In this document: in pieces, positions 36,855-46,315 of the stretch | Layout of the letters: every line of letters begins with the position of its first letter | Position numbering within the stretch: position 1 is the stretch's first letter | Source: Terriglobia bacterium | Lineage (GTDB): Bacteria > Acidobacteriota > Terriglobia > JAIQFV01 | DNA length: 64,000 nt | Assembly: GCA_020072965.1 (NCBI GenBank) | Contig: JAIQFY010000009.1 | Coordinates: forward strand, 9,649-73,648 | Direction of reading: 5' to 3' | Program-made: the position numbers and the translations under genes | Notes under the pieces: model-generated | Seen by the model: only the letters and a program-made list of their open reading frames with translations | Told to the model about the DNA's origin: nothing | Databases searched by the model: none

Positions 36855-38336
36855 TTGAATGGTCAGATGCCCATAACCCTTTCTCCTGCAATAAAAAAGA
36901 AGACCTCGACGCAATCCGCTGGAACAGCGGCCACTCTGCTGCGGAGGATTCCCTCAATCGACCAGTTGCTGCTGACCGCGGAGCTCCAGCGAAGCTTAAG
37001 CAGCTTCCCTCATGAGGCGGTTGTGGACGAGTTGCGTCACGCGGTTCAAACCCTTCGAAACCAGACCCTGACCGGACGTCTGTCAGACCCCGTCTTCACG
37101 CAAGCCCTGGCGGAGATCCCCGACAAGGTCCACACCATTTTGGGACGCCGCTTTGCGCCCTCTCTCGGAAAAGTGATCAATGCGACCGGCGTGGTGTTGC
37201 ACACGAATCTTGGTCGCGCGCCGCTTTCGCGTGCAATCCTGGAGCGCATCCGCGAAGTGGCCGCCGGGTACTCCAACCTGGAATTCGATTTAGCGAAAAA
37301 TACACGGGGAAATCGTGACGTTCACGCGGAGCGCCTGTTAACATCGCTGCTCCGTTGCCAGGCCGCGCTGGTGGTAAACAACTGCGCCGCCGCAGTTCTG
37401 TTGACGCTCAATTCACTGGCGGAGGGTGGCGAGGTCCTTGTCTCCCGGGGAGAGCTTGTGGAAATCGGGGGATCGTTTCGAATCCCTGAAATCATGGCGA
37501 AAAGCGGTGCCGTGTTACGCGAGGTGGGAACCACCAATCGCACCCGGGTCAGCGATTATGCCCGGGCCATCAACGCTCAAACAAGACTCATCCTTAGGGT
37601 CCATCGGAGTAACTTCAAGATGGTCGGCTTTTCGGAACAGCCGTCGCTGGAGGAATTGGTCCGGCTGGCACACCGCAAGCACCTGCCCCTGGTTGAGGAC
37701 CTCGGCTCCGGGTGCGTTGTCGATTTGAGCCCGACCGGAATCACCGGCGAACCTACCGTCGCTGCCAGCCTGAAGGCGGGCGTCGATGTCATCACCTTCA
37801 GCGGCGATAAGCTGCTCGGCGGACCCCAGGCGGGCATCCTGTTGGGCCGCAAGAAAATCCTGGCGCAGCTTCGGACGAATCCCCTTTACCGGGCCTTTCG
37901 CGTCGACAAGCTGACGGTGGCAGCCCTTGAGGCCACAATCCTTTCCTACCTCCGACATGAAGAGCGCACACAAGTCCCGGCACTTAAGATGATCTTCGAA
38001 ACACGCGACCAAATTGAATCTCGGGCAAAGCGGCTGGTTCAGCGCGTGGACGAGGAAACAAAGCCGGGTGGTATGCTCTTGCTCCAGCTTATTCCTGGAA
38101 ATTCCGTGATCGGCGGAGGGTCCACGCCGGGGCAGGAAATCTCCACCATGCTGATATCCATCGGTTCTACCCGAGATTCCGCCCGGGCGATTGAAGCCCG
38201 CCTGAGGGGTTCTCCCATTCCCATTCTGGCAAGGGTGGAAGGGAACCGCGTGCTTGTCGATTTGAGAACCGTGGATGTAAGCGAGGAGGAAGAGATCGTT
38301 CGCGCCCTGGTGAGCCTGGGGAAGCCGGTGGTATAA
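36855..38336 (+). CDS. selA: L-seryl-tRNA(Sec) selenium transferase
   Basis: GKVINATGVVLHTNLGRAPLS block. PLP-lysine context FSGDKLLGGPQAGILLGRK. Confidence 0.85.
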   Translation: MNGQMPITLSPAIKKKTSTQSAGTAATLLRRIPSIDQLLLTAELQRSLSSFPHEAVVDELRHAVQTLRNQTLTGRLSDPVFTQALAEIPDKVHTILGRRFAPSLGKVINATGVVLHTNLGRAPLSRAILERIREVAAGYSNLEFDLAKNTRGNRDVHAERLLTSLLRCQAALVVNNCAAAVLLTLNSLAEGGEVLVSRGELVEIGGSFRIPEIMAKSGAVLREVGTTNRTRVSDYARAINAQTRLILRVHRSNFKMVGFSEQPSLEELVRLAHRKHLPLVEDLGSGCVVDLSPTGITGEPTVAASLKAGVDVITFSGDKLLGGPQAGILLGRKKILAQLRTNPLYRAFRVDKLTVAALEATILSYLRHEERTQVPALKMIFETRDQIESRAKRLVQRVDEETKPGGMLLLQLIPGNSVIGGGSTPGQEISTMLISIGSTRDSARAIEARLRGSPIPILARVEGNRVLVDLRTVDVSEEEEIVRALVSLGKPVV

Positions 38337-38496
38337 GGTCGAGGATCAGGGGGAGCTTGAATTCGAACGCCCACAGCCTTGGCGCAGTTCGTCGCAAAGC
38401 ACTTGTTCTCACGCCAGAACGCGAAACCGGCAGAGCATATCAATGATCCGCTGCCCCCTTGTATGCTTCCGGGCCTTTGCGTGAGGTATTCGTTCT

Positions 38497-39060
38497 TTAA
38501 CGTACCCGCTCCAGGTACTTCCCCTCTTCTGTGTCGACGCGGATCACTTCACCCGCATCGATGAACGCGGGAACAAGAACGGTAAGCCCCGTTTCAAGTT
38601 TTGCGGGCTTCCCGACGTTCGAGACAGTGGCGGACTTCAACCCTGGCTCTACTTCCACCACCTTGAGGTCTACCGTCGGAGGCAACTCGATGCCGATGGG
38701 GCGCCCCTCAAAGACCATGATCTGGACTTTGAGATTGGGGGTGAGAAAGTTCGCGTCCTCACCGAGCATATCCTCGGAAATGTTGGTCTGCTCGTAATTC
38801 TGCGTGTCCATGAAAAAGTAATTCGTTCCATCCTTGTACAAGTATTCCATCTCGGACTCATCCACATTAACCTTCTCGACGGAATCCTGTGAGCGGAAAC
38901 GGTGTTCGAACATGGCGCCGGTCCGCACATTTCGGATCTTGGCCTGCACAAAAGCCCGCAGGTTCCCCGGGGTGCGATGTTCCACGCTGAACACCTTGTG
39001 CAGCTCATTATTATGCCTGATCAGCATCCCCCGCCGTAAATCGTTCCCCATAATAAACAT
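38497..39060 (-). CDS. efp: translation elongation factor P
   Basis: 187 aa. GMLIRHNNELHKVFSVEHRTPGNLRAFVQAKIRNVRTG, including the KPG-loop region typical of EF-P. Confidence 0.9.
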   Translation of the reverse strand: MFIMGNDLRRGMLIRHNNELHKVFSVEHRTPGNLRAFVQAKIRNVRTGAMFEHRFRSQDSVEKVNVDESEMEYLYKDGTNYFFMDTQNYEQTNISEDMLGEDANFLTPNLKVQIMVFEGRPIGIELPPTVDLKVVEVEPGLKSATVSNVGKPAKLETGLTVLVPAFIDAGEVIRVDTEEGKYLERVR

Positions 39061-39139
39061 ATATTAAAATTCCTCCCTTGAATTGAATCTAAACCTGAAG
39101 TCCCTGGCCGCACCCCTGGGAGACAGACACCTCGTCTGC

Positions 39140-40534
39140 TTATCGGCCTTTCGGGGTCGCTCCCGACATCGAACGCTCAACTTCCTGAATCGAACTGGGG
39201 AGCCGTGATGAAAGCTTAACGATCTTTCCTTCACCATTGACCATGTAATCATCTTCGATTCGGACACCCAGGTTCTCTTCCGGGATATAGAGTCCGGGCT
39301 CGATGGTAAAAATCATGTTCTTGTCAATCGGCCGATTGTAGTCGCCCACGTCGTGGACCGCCAAGCCAAGCCAATGCCCGGTCCCGTGGATGAAGTAATG
39401 ATCCAAGGTATCGTCCTCGCCCTTTGGCCCACGCAAGGGGCTCTTCTTGAAATAATCTTTCACAACCTGGGTCAAACCCCGCAACAGGGTCTTGCCCGGC
39501 ACGATGGCATTGACAGCCTCCTCCTGGGCCCCCAGCACCAATTCGTAAATCTGCTTTTGTCGTTCTGTAAATTTTCCGCTGACCGGGTAGGTCCGGGTGA
39601 TGTCGGCGGCATATCCGCTGAATTCGCCGGCCGCGTCAACGACCACCGTTTGACCACTCAGCATCGGCTGGTCATCCTGGTTGTAATGCAGCACCGTAGA
39701 GTCGAACCCTGAGCCGACGATCGGAGCATAGGCGGCCCGTTCGCAACCTGCATTTTCCCATGTGTACTTGAGCAGCGCCGCCACCTGATATTCAAAAACC
39801 CCCGGTTTGATCGCTTTCATTGCCGCCAGATGCGCATCCACGGACGCGTCAACAGCCTTCTGTAAAAAAGCAACCTCCGATTTGCCTTTGACCTGACGGA
39901 GATTGTCGATGCTGCTCCGGGCGTCATGAATCTCGGCAAAAGGAGCTAAGGCCTTCAATTGCTCCGCTTTTTCCTGTTCGCGGGAGAGTCTCAGGTTTGC
40001 CGTCGCCAGTGGAAGAATCGTGTAAATAGTCTGACCCGCGCTCAGGGCATTGCTCATCTCGATGGGAAAGCGGTCCAGAGGCAGCACCAGGGGGAAGCCT
40101 GTCAGGGTGGCAGTCTGTTTGTCCACCGGGCCCAGCTTCGGCCCGGTCCATCGTTCCCGGACGGGATCCCGGTTGGCGAGGAAGAGGATCTCCCGGTTGG
40201 TCTGCTCGCCCGGAAACATGGCTGTGGCGATATTCTGGCGTCCCTTGGGGAGCAGCATCAGAATGGCCCCGGGTTCATCCCATCCTGAAAGGTAATAGAA
40301 GTAATCATCCTGCCGAAACCGGGTCAAATCCGCATCGGATTGCTCCGATTCCTTCAATCCAAAGATGACGATCACCCCGTCCTTCAGCTTATCCATGACC
40401 GCCGCACGCCGCGCCCGATAAACCTCCATCGGCTCTTTTTCCAATCCCCAGTTCAACGTGGACATCACCGTCAAGAGAAGAAAAGATCCGGCCATCCCTG
40501 CGCAGGCCAACCGTGCCTTAGAGTTGAGTAGCAT
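39140..40534 (-). CDS. secreted M24B Xaa-Pro aminopeptidase
   Basis: Signal peptide. HGTGHWLGLAVHDVGDY and IEPGLYIPE metal-ligand blocks of the M24 pita-bread fold. Confidence 0.85.
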   Translation of the reverse strand: MLLNSKARLACAGMAGSFLLLTVMSTLNWGLEKEPMEVYRARRAAVMDKLKDGVIVIFGLKESEQSDADLTRFRQDDYFYYLSGWDEPGAILMLLPKGRQNIATAMFPGEQTNREILFLANRDPVRERWTGPKLGPVDKQTATLTGFPLVLPLDRFPIEMSNALSAGQTIYTILPLATANLRLSREQEKAEQLKALAPFAEIHDARSSIDNLRQVKGKSEVAFLQKAVDASVDAHLAAMKAIKPGVFEYQVAALLKYTWENAGCERAAYAPIVGSGFDSTVLHYNQDDQPMLSGQTVVVDAAGEFSGYAADITRTYPVSGKFTERQKQIYELVLGAQEEAVNAIVPGKTLLRGLTQVVKDYFKKSPLRGPKGEDDTLDHYFIHGTGHWLGLAVHDVGDYNRPIDKNMIFTIEPGLYIPEENLGVRIEDDYMVNGEGKIVKLSSRLPSSIQEVERSMSGATPKGR

Positions 40535-40585
40535 TCCTGGTTTCTCCTGATACCTTCCTGAGTGAACGGTTCAGGCAAAGGTGCA

Positions 40586-40623
40586 ATAAAAAACCCAGCG
40601 CAGCTGATCGCATTGCTGGGGGA
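40586..40623 (-). terminator. rho-independent terminator of the GT2 gene (minus strand)
   Basis: Minus-strand RNA CCCAGCaatgcgatcagctgcGCTGGG followed by UUUUUUAUU. Confidence 0.45.
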
Positions 40624-40762
40624 TCTTTCAAACACTCCGAGAGGCTACGCGAACTGAGAAAGGGATCGGACCGCTCCGTCCCCTCGCCCGGGGTCGATGA
40701 CCCGCTGTTGTTCTCGAATCAGCGTGCACGCTTAAGCACCTCTTCGTTCATCCCGCATGGGT

Positions 40763-42403
40763 TCATCCGACCTTCGCGGTCCGCTTGGGGAATAAGGCCA
40801 CGAACTGTTCGACGAGAGCTTGCCGCATGGCTCGCAAATTCTCCACGTAGGTCTGCATCAACGACATGAACCCCGTGTACAGGTATCCGATTACAAAGAG
40901 GATCAAGAAGGGCGTCACGGCGTAATCTTCGTTCATAATCAGGTAGTACACCGTCAACGCGAAATAGAACCCCAGGAGCAGCTCGATATAGGGGGTATAC
41001 CCGCTGCGGCGACGATATTTTTTCACCGTCCACCTGTCGCGCTGGCTTTCAATGCGGTACTTCGGCGTCCGCTTGAAGCTGGTCTGAATCCCCAGCAGGG
41101 CCTCCACGACGGCCCGGGAATTCGACACGGACAGCCCGATACCGGTCGCCATCAAGAAGGGGAGATACTTGATTTTTCGCCACCACGAATCAGGGAACAA
41201 CTCGCGCTGCGAGACAAGGTAGAAAGAGGAAACAGAGAACGTGGAAGCCAAAAACAAGGGGAGATCGATCCACAGCATCTGGGTCCACCCCTGGTAAAAC
41301 CGGACAATGGTCGCCGGGAGCAACACCAGGGAGAGAACGACCATGAGGGGGTAGGCGATGTTGGCAGTGAGGTGGAAGAAGGCTTCAATCTTCACCCGCA
41401 GCGGCAGCTTGGCCCTCAGAATCATGGGCAAGTCCTTTTTCGCGCATTGAATCAGCCCCTTGGCCCACCGGAACTGCTGCACCTTGAATGAGGTCATCTC
41501 CACAGGCAGTTCGGCATCGCACACTACTTCCGGGATGTACACGAACTTCCAGCCACGCATTTGGGCGCGATAGCTCAAGTCGGTGTCTTCGGTGAGCGTG
41601 TCGTGCTCCCAGCCCCCCGAGGTCTCGATCGCCTTGCGACGCCAGATGCCCGCCGTCCCGTTGAAGTTGAAAAACCGCTCCGCCACGTAACGAGCGCCAT
41701 GCTCGATCACAAAATGGCCATCCAGCAGAATCGATTCCACCTGGGTGAGAAAAGAATAGTCCCGGTTGATGTGTCCCCACCGGGTCTGCACCATGCCCAC
41801 TTCCGAGCTGGTGAAATAGTGAATAGTCTGATTGAGAAACTCGGGGGGGGGGATAAAATCAGCGTCGAAAATGGCGATGAATTCGCCGCTGGCCGACTTC
41901 AACCCTGCCTCGAGCGCCCCGGCCTTGAATCCTGCCCGATTCTCGCGGTGGTGATAAGAGATATTCAAGCCGGTCTTGCGGTAACGTTCCACTACGTCCG
42001 CTGCGATCTGCTGCGTATCGTCGGTGGAGTCATCCAGGACCTGGACCTCTAATAATTCCGCCGGATAATTCATGCGGCTTGTCACTTCCACGAGGCGTTC
42101 CACGACGTACCGCTCGTTAAAGATCGGCAGTTGAATAGTCACCCGCGGAAGCTCCGTAAAGTGCTCCTTGATCCTGGCCCGGTTGGCGCGATGCTTGAAA
42201 TAAAGATATACGAGGTGGTACCGGTGGAGTCCATACATCGCCAGTATGACCAGCACCGTGAAATAGGGGATGAGGAACGCCAGGTCAAACCAGTTGGTCT
42301 GATACAACCCGACGAAGCGATCGCGAGGGAAAAACTGCCGCAACGTCTTTTGCCACGGCGTCAGCGGAGCCGCCGCCAAAAACAACCAGAGTTGGAGCCA
42401 CAT
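40763..42403 (-). CDS. membrane-embedded processive family-2 glycosyltransferase (cellulose/beta-glucan synthase-like)
   Basis: 546 aa. D, DxD, D motifs and QQFRWAKG (the Q-x-x-R-W motif). TM helices at both ends. Confidence 0.85.
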   Translation of the reverse strand: MWLQLWLFLAAAPLTPWQKTLRQFFPRDRFVGLYQTNWFDLAFLIPYFTVLVILAMYGLHRYHLVYLYFKHRANRARIKEHFTELPRVTIQLPIFNERYVVERLVEVTSRMNYPAELLEVQVLDDSTDDTQQIAADVVERYRKTGLNISYHHRENRAGFKAGALEAGLKSASGEFIAIFDADFIPPPEFLNQTIHYFTSSEVGMVQTRWGHINRDYSFLTQVESILLDGHFVIEHGARYVAERFFNFNGTAGIWRRKAIETSGGWEHDTLTEDTDLSYRAQMRGWKFVYIPEVVCDAELPVEMTSFKVQQFRWAKGLIQCAKKDLPMILRAKLPLRVKIEAFFHLTANIAYPLMVVLSLVLLPATIVRFYQGWTQMLWIDLPLFLASTFSVSSFYLVSQRELFPDSWWRKIKYLPFLMATGIGLSVSNSRAVVEALLGIQTSFKRTPKYRIESQRDRWTVKKYRRRSGYTPYIELLLGFYFALTVYYLIMNEDYAVTPFLILFVIGYLYTGFMSLMQTYVENLRAMRQALVEQFVALFPKRTAKVG

Positions 42404-43017
42404 GAGGACTATCCTTGCTAAATTCGCTGGATTCTGGGTTACGAGCCCGGGGAGTCAACTGCCCACACCGCTCGTACTAAGTATTGCGAAGGAAAACTAT
42501 CGGCCCGCAAGGAAGCTCATCCAACAATAATACAGAAAACGAAGGCCCGAGAAACAAGACTCCCATCTCTCATCCCTTGCGTCATTCGATGAGCTGATTG
42601 CATTGTCCCCCAGATGGCCGAAAACCTCTTGATTATATTGAATCCAGTCAAATTGTCAATCGAACCGACCGGGGACAGAATGGTTCTGAACAGACCTATG
42701 AACACAGTTGCTACTTGAATGTGCAGCGGTGCCGGGGAACGCAAACCTCCCGTAAACTAGAGGGCTGATTTTCACGGGTATTCCTCGGATCGATTTTAGG
42801 ACCCGGATCCCCATCCCCGTTCGTCTGTGTTTGTCAGTCTCCAATCCCAGAGATCATGTCCAAAATTGTCTCTCCGCAAGTCCAGGTGAACACCGTCGTG
42901 TCTCCTTGCCAAAGTCCACCAAACCCCTAAAAAATAAGTACAGGAATGACAACCCAGGACTTATAATCTACATCTAGGCGAGTAGGGCAGGACAAGAGCC
43001 CGAGGGGGTGGCTAGAG

Positions 43018-45393
43018 ATGAAACGGCTAACATCGAAATTAATTACGAACAGCGTTTTAATCCTTGCCTTTTTGCTTTTCGCAACCGGGTTTTCCTGGAC
43101 TCAGGATGACTCCTATCCCCAGAACGGACAGAATGGGGATCAGGGTTATCAGGGCCGCGTTTTGCGCCTCAGCCTGGTGGAAGGTGACGTTTCACTCCAG
43201 CATGGACCCAATGACCAATGGCTGGATGCCACCATCAACGCTCCCCTTTTAGTGGGGGACCGATTGTGGGTAGGGGATCAAGGCCGAGCGGAAATCGAGT
43301 TTGACGACGGCTCCTATGTCCGGCTGGCTTCCAACAGCGTTTTCGAAATCCAGCAGCTCGACCAGTCTTCGAACGGTCGATACACTCAAGTCTTTCTGAG
43401 CCAGGGACTCGCCTACTTCAATGTTCGTCAGAGCTATAACGACACCTTTCGAGTGACTACCCCCGCGCTGGCGGCTGATGCCTATAATGGAGGCGCCCGT
43501 TTCCGCCTGGAAGTCGACGGCCGGAATGATTTGACAGTATTCCAGGGGGAAATTCAGATAAACAGCCACGCCGGCAGTGCGACGGTGCGCGCCAACGAGC
43601 TGTTCTCGCTTCCTAATGGCGAAAATAGCCAATATTACCTGGGCCGGGCCGGCAACCGCGATGATTGGGACCGCTGGAACTCCGAGCGGGATGATTACCT
43701 TTCTCGAGCGAGCAGCTATCATTATCTGCCGTCTTCGGTCAACTATGGGGCCTACGATCTCGATCACTATGGCCACTGGGTCTACCAGAATGGCTACGGT
43801 TACGTGTGGTTCCCTTATAACGTCGATGATGGATGGGTTCCGTACAGCTACGGCCGTTGGGCGTGGTACCCGAACATGGGCTATTCCTGGGTATCCTATG
43901 AGCCGTGGGGATGGCTCCCCTATCACTATGGCGGTTGGGATTGGTTCGCGGGCTTCGGGTGGGCCTGGTGCCCTGGGACATCGTTCGGGTTCTTTAGCCC
44001 CCACCGGGCATTTTTTTTCAACTTTGGAACCTTTGTGGGATGGTGCCCGTTTTCACCCTTTGACCGCTTCTTTTTTGGGACCTCATTCTTCAGCATCCAC
44101 ACATTCCGCCCTCACAATTTTTTCAACAACCGGATTGTTGTGGTGAACAATAATGATTTCAACCATAATGTCATCACGCGGCAGAGCATGGTGCGGAATC
44201 GTGAGGTCATCTCGCAGGCGACCTCCAACAGCAACCTGCAACTGGGGGTGCGACCACGAGTGGAACGGGTTTCGGGCTCAGAAGTGTTGAGGCCATCCTC
44301 ATTCGCCAACAGCTCAGCAGCGCGAATCTCTACCGATACGAAGGGATGGACTCGTCAGGACGGAATTCGCGGTACCGGCGCGCGACCCGCTGAAACTTTG
44401 CGAACCGGTCAACCTTTGGGAGGCGCGGCAGGGGCGAATCGTGATGCGATCCGGGCCGGCTCGGGAAACAACGGCGCCGTCATTAATAATCGAGAGAACA
44501 CGGGACGGCGGGGTGAAGTGATTAATCCTGCCGGGACCGCGGCCGAGGCGGCTTCAGGTGTGCGTGGAGAAAGGGTCAACCGCGGAACGTCTCAGGCGCC
44601 AGCAATGCGGGTACCCTATTCAGGAAATAGTGGGGGTGCCAACGGACGCTCTGAGATTCGCAACCAGGGTGTTCCAAATCCAGCGTCGGTCAATGGATCC
44701 CGGGGTGAGGGAGTCCGGCCGCAAGCACCTGCAGTCCAGGCGCCTCGCAACAACGACTCTCGTGGGACAGCACCTCGACAGGAAGTGATCCGTCCGGAAT
44801 CGAGGCCTGTCGCTCCGTCCTCACCGTCGCGAAGTGAGAATAAGACGACCGGGACTGATAAACCCAAGACAACCTCTTCGCTGCGCAATGAGTCAGGGTC
44901 GCAGTGGAGAAATTATGCGGAACAGAATCCGGGAGCGCGCGATAGTGCGCGCTCTTCATTTGACAGCACCCGCCCCAGTTATAATTCCGAGGGGACAGGA
45001 CGAATCGAGCGGGTGGGACCCAACTCATATACATCAACCTATAACGCACCGCCCGCCAGTCGGAACGATGTGCGATCCGCTTATACGCCATCGGCGGGAA
45101 GATCCAGTTACTCAGCTCCTTCGCCAAGAACCGAAGCGCCGCGCTATTCTGCTCCTTCACCTGTCGCGCCCCGGTATGCAGCGCCCAGTCAGAGCTTTTC
45201 AGGGCCGCGTCAGAGCTACTCCGCACCCTCCATGCCACGACAAGAATCTTCAAGGCCAAGCTACTCCGCTCCTCACTATTCGGCCCCTTCCCCCACATTC
45301 CGCAGCGCCCCCGCACCTCGTGGCGAATCCCGCTCGAGTGGTGGCGGTAGCAGTGGACGCACCTCCGGCTCTCCAAGATCCGCCCGGCGATAA
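43018..45393 (+). CDS. secreted FecR-domain protein with Trp/Tyr/Gly-rich core and ~400-aa Ser/Pro/Arg-rich disordered tail
   Basis: Signal peptide. FecR-like block LSLVEGDVSLQHGPNDQWL...GDRLWVGDQGRAEIEFDDGSYVRLASNSVFEI. Core WVYQNGYGYVWFPY...GWDWFAGFGWAWCPG. Tail repeats of (S/P)YSAPS and PRYSAPSP. Confidence 0.65.
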   Translation: MKRLTSKLITNSVLILAFLLFATGFSWTQDDSYPQNGQNGDQGYQGRVLRLSLVEGDVSLQHGPNDQWLDATINAPLLVGDRLWVGDQGRAEIEFDDGSYVRLASNSVFEIQQLDQSSNGRYTQVFLSQGLAYFNVRQSYNDTFRVTTPALAADAYNGGARFRLEVDGRNDLTVFQGEIQINSHAGSATVRANELFSLPNGENSQYYLGRAGNRDDWDRWNSERDDYLSRASSYHYLPSSVNYGAYDLDHYGHWVYQNGYGYVWFPYNVDDGWVPYSYGRWAWYPNMGYSWVSYEPWGWLPYHYGGWDWFAGFGWAWCPGTSFGFFSPHRAFFFNFGTFVGWCPFSPFDRFFFGTSFFSIHTFRPHNFFNNRIVVVNNNDFNHNVITRQSMVRNREVISQATSNSNLQLGVRPRVERVSGSEVLRPSSFANSSAARISTDTKGWTRQDGIRGTGARPAETLRTGQPLGGAAGANRDAIRAGSGNNGAVINNRENTGRRGEVINPAGTAAEAASGVRGERVNRGTSQAPAMRVPYSGNSGGANGRSEIRNQGVPNPASVNGSRGEGVRPQAPAVQAPRNNDSRGTAPRQEVIRPESRPVAPSSPSRSENKTTGTDKPKTTSSLRNESGSQWRNYAEQNPGARDSARSSFDSTRPSYNSEGTGRIERVGPNSYTSTYNAPPASRNDVRSAYTPSAGRSSYSAPSPRTEAPRYSAPSPVAPRYAAPSQSFSGPRQSYSAPSMPRQESSRPSYSAPHYSAPSPTFRSAPAPRGESRSSGGGSSGRTSGSPRSARR

Positions 45394-45529
45394 GTCAGCC
45401 GGCGTCGGTCTTCACACCCTTCATTTCCAAGAATGTCAACCGCTCCGGAATGCCGGAGTGATTCTTATTTTTACCAGGATTCCTAAGTTGGCCCCTGTTT
45501 TAAGCCGCGCAGCGGCGAAATAAAGTAAC

Positions 45530-46262
45530 CTGGGGCGTGAGCCTCAGGACCGGGCGACAAGAATAGAATGACAGTCCGCCTTGGCGGACGAAAGAGCGCG
45601 ACAGGAGCGTGGATGCCAACCTAAATCAGTGTTACAATTCAGTGGCGTGATTCCCCCCAGAAGGTCTCAGTAAACCCACATCCCCCGAACAGAGGTCCTC
45701 ACATGGCCACGAGTTATACATCCCTGCGTTTTCACGTTCTCTTCAGTACCAAGAATCGTATGAGATGGATTACAAAAGAATGGGAAGAGGAGCCCTACTC
45801 CTACCTCGCGGGCATCCTTCGGGAAGAACGAGGCCGGCTTCTGAGGGGAACGGAATGGACGACCATGTTCATCTTCTCCTCGTGCTCAGGGCTGACCAGT
45901 CCCTCACCGAGATCATGCGGATCTTGAAATCAAATTCCTCGAGGTGGATTCATGAAAAATCGAGGGAGCGCTGGAGGTTTGAATGGCAACGTGGATATTT
46001 CGGGGTCACAGTGACCAAGTCCCAGGTGGAGCGAGTCCGGCAATACATCAAAAATCAAAAGCAGCACCACCAGCGAGTCAGTTTTCAGGAGGAATTTTTG
46101 AGGTTGCTCAAGGCACATCAAATTGAATTCGACGAACGTTATGTTTGGAAATAATGATCCGGGCATAACTGTCGTCCGCCAAGGCGGACTCAATCTTCTC
46201 CTATTGCACCGAAACCTGAGGCTCACGCCTCAGGCTACGAATAGGCCGTCCGCACAAGGCGG
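45530..46262. mobile_element. IS200/IS605-type (RAYT-like) element: tnpA flanked by inverted hairpin-containing ends
   Basis: Upstream GCGTGAGCCTCAGG...AGTCCGCCTTGGCGGACGAAAG. Downstream GTCGTCCGCCAAGGCGGACT...CCTGAGGCTCACGCC, its reverse complement. An extra GTCCGCACAAGGCGGAC hairpin lies at 46246. Confidence 0.5.
45703..46154 (+). pseudogene. tnpA: IS200/IS605-family Y1 (HuH) transposase TnpA, interrupted by an apparent frameshift near 45840-45860
   Basis: Frame 1 gives SLRFHVLFSTKNRMRWITKEWEEEPYSYLAGILREERG. Frame 2 gives GMDDHVHLLLVLRADQSLTEIMRILKSNSSRW...WQRGYFGVTVTKSQVERVRQYIKNQ, carrying the HuH and catalytic Tyr motifs. Together they cover a complete TnpA. Confidence 0.6.
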
Positions 46263-46315
46263 ACTCTAAACCGACATGTTCAAATGTCTATCACCCTCAA
46301 GAGATTACGCACTCT

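Noticed and set aside
43249-45376. 251-aa and 228-aa minus-strand ORFs
   Set aside because: Antisense to the FecR-domain gene. The translations are low-complexity.
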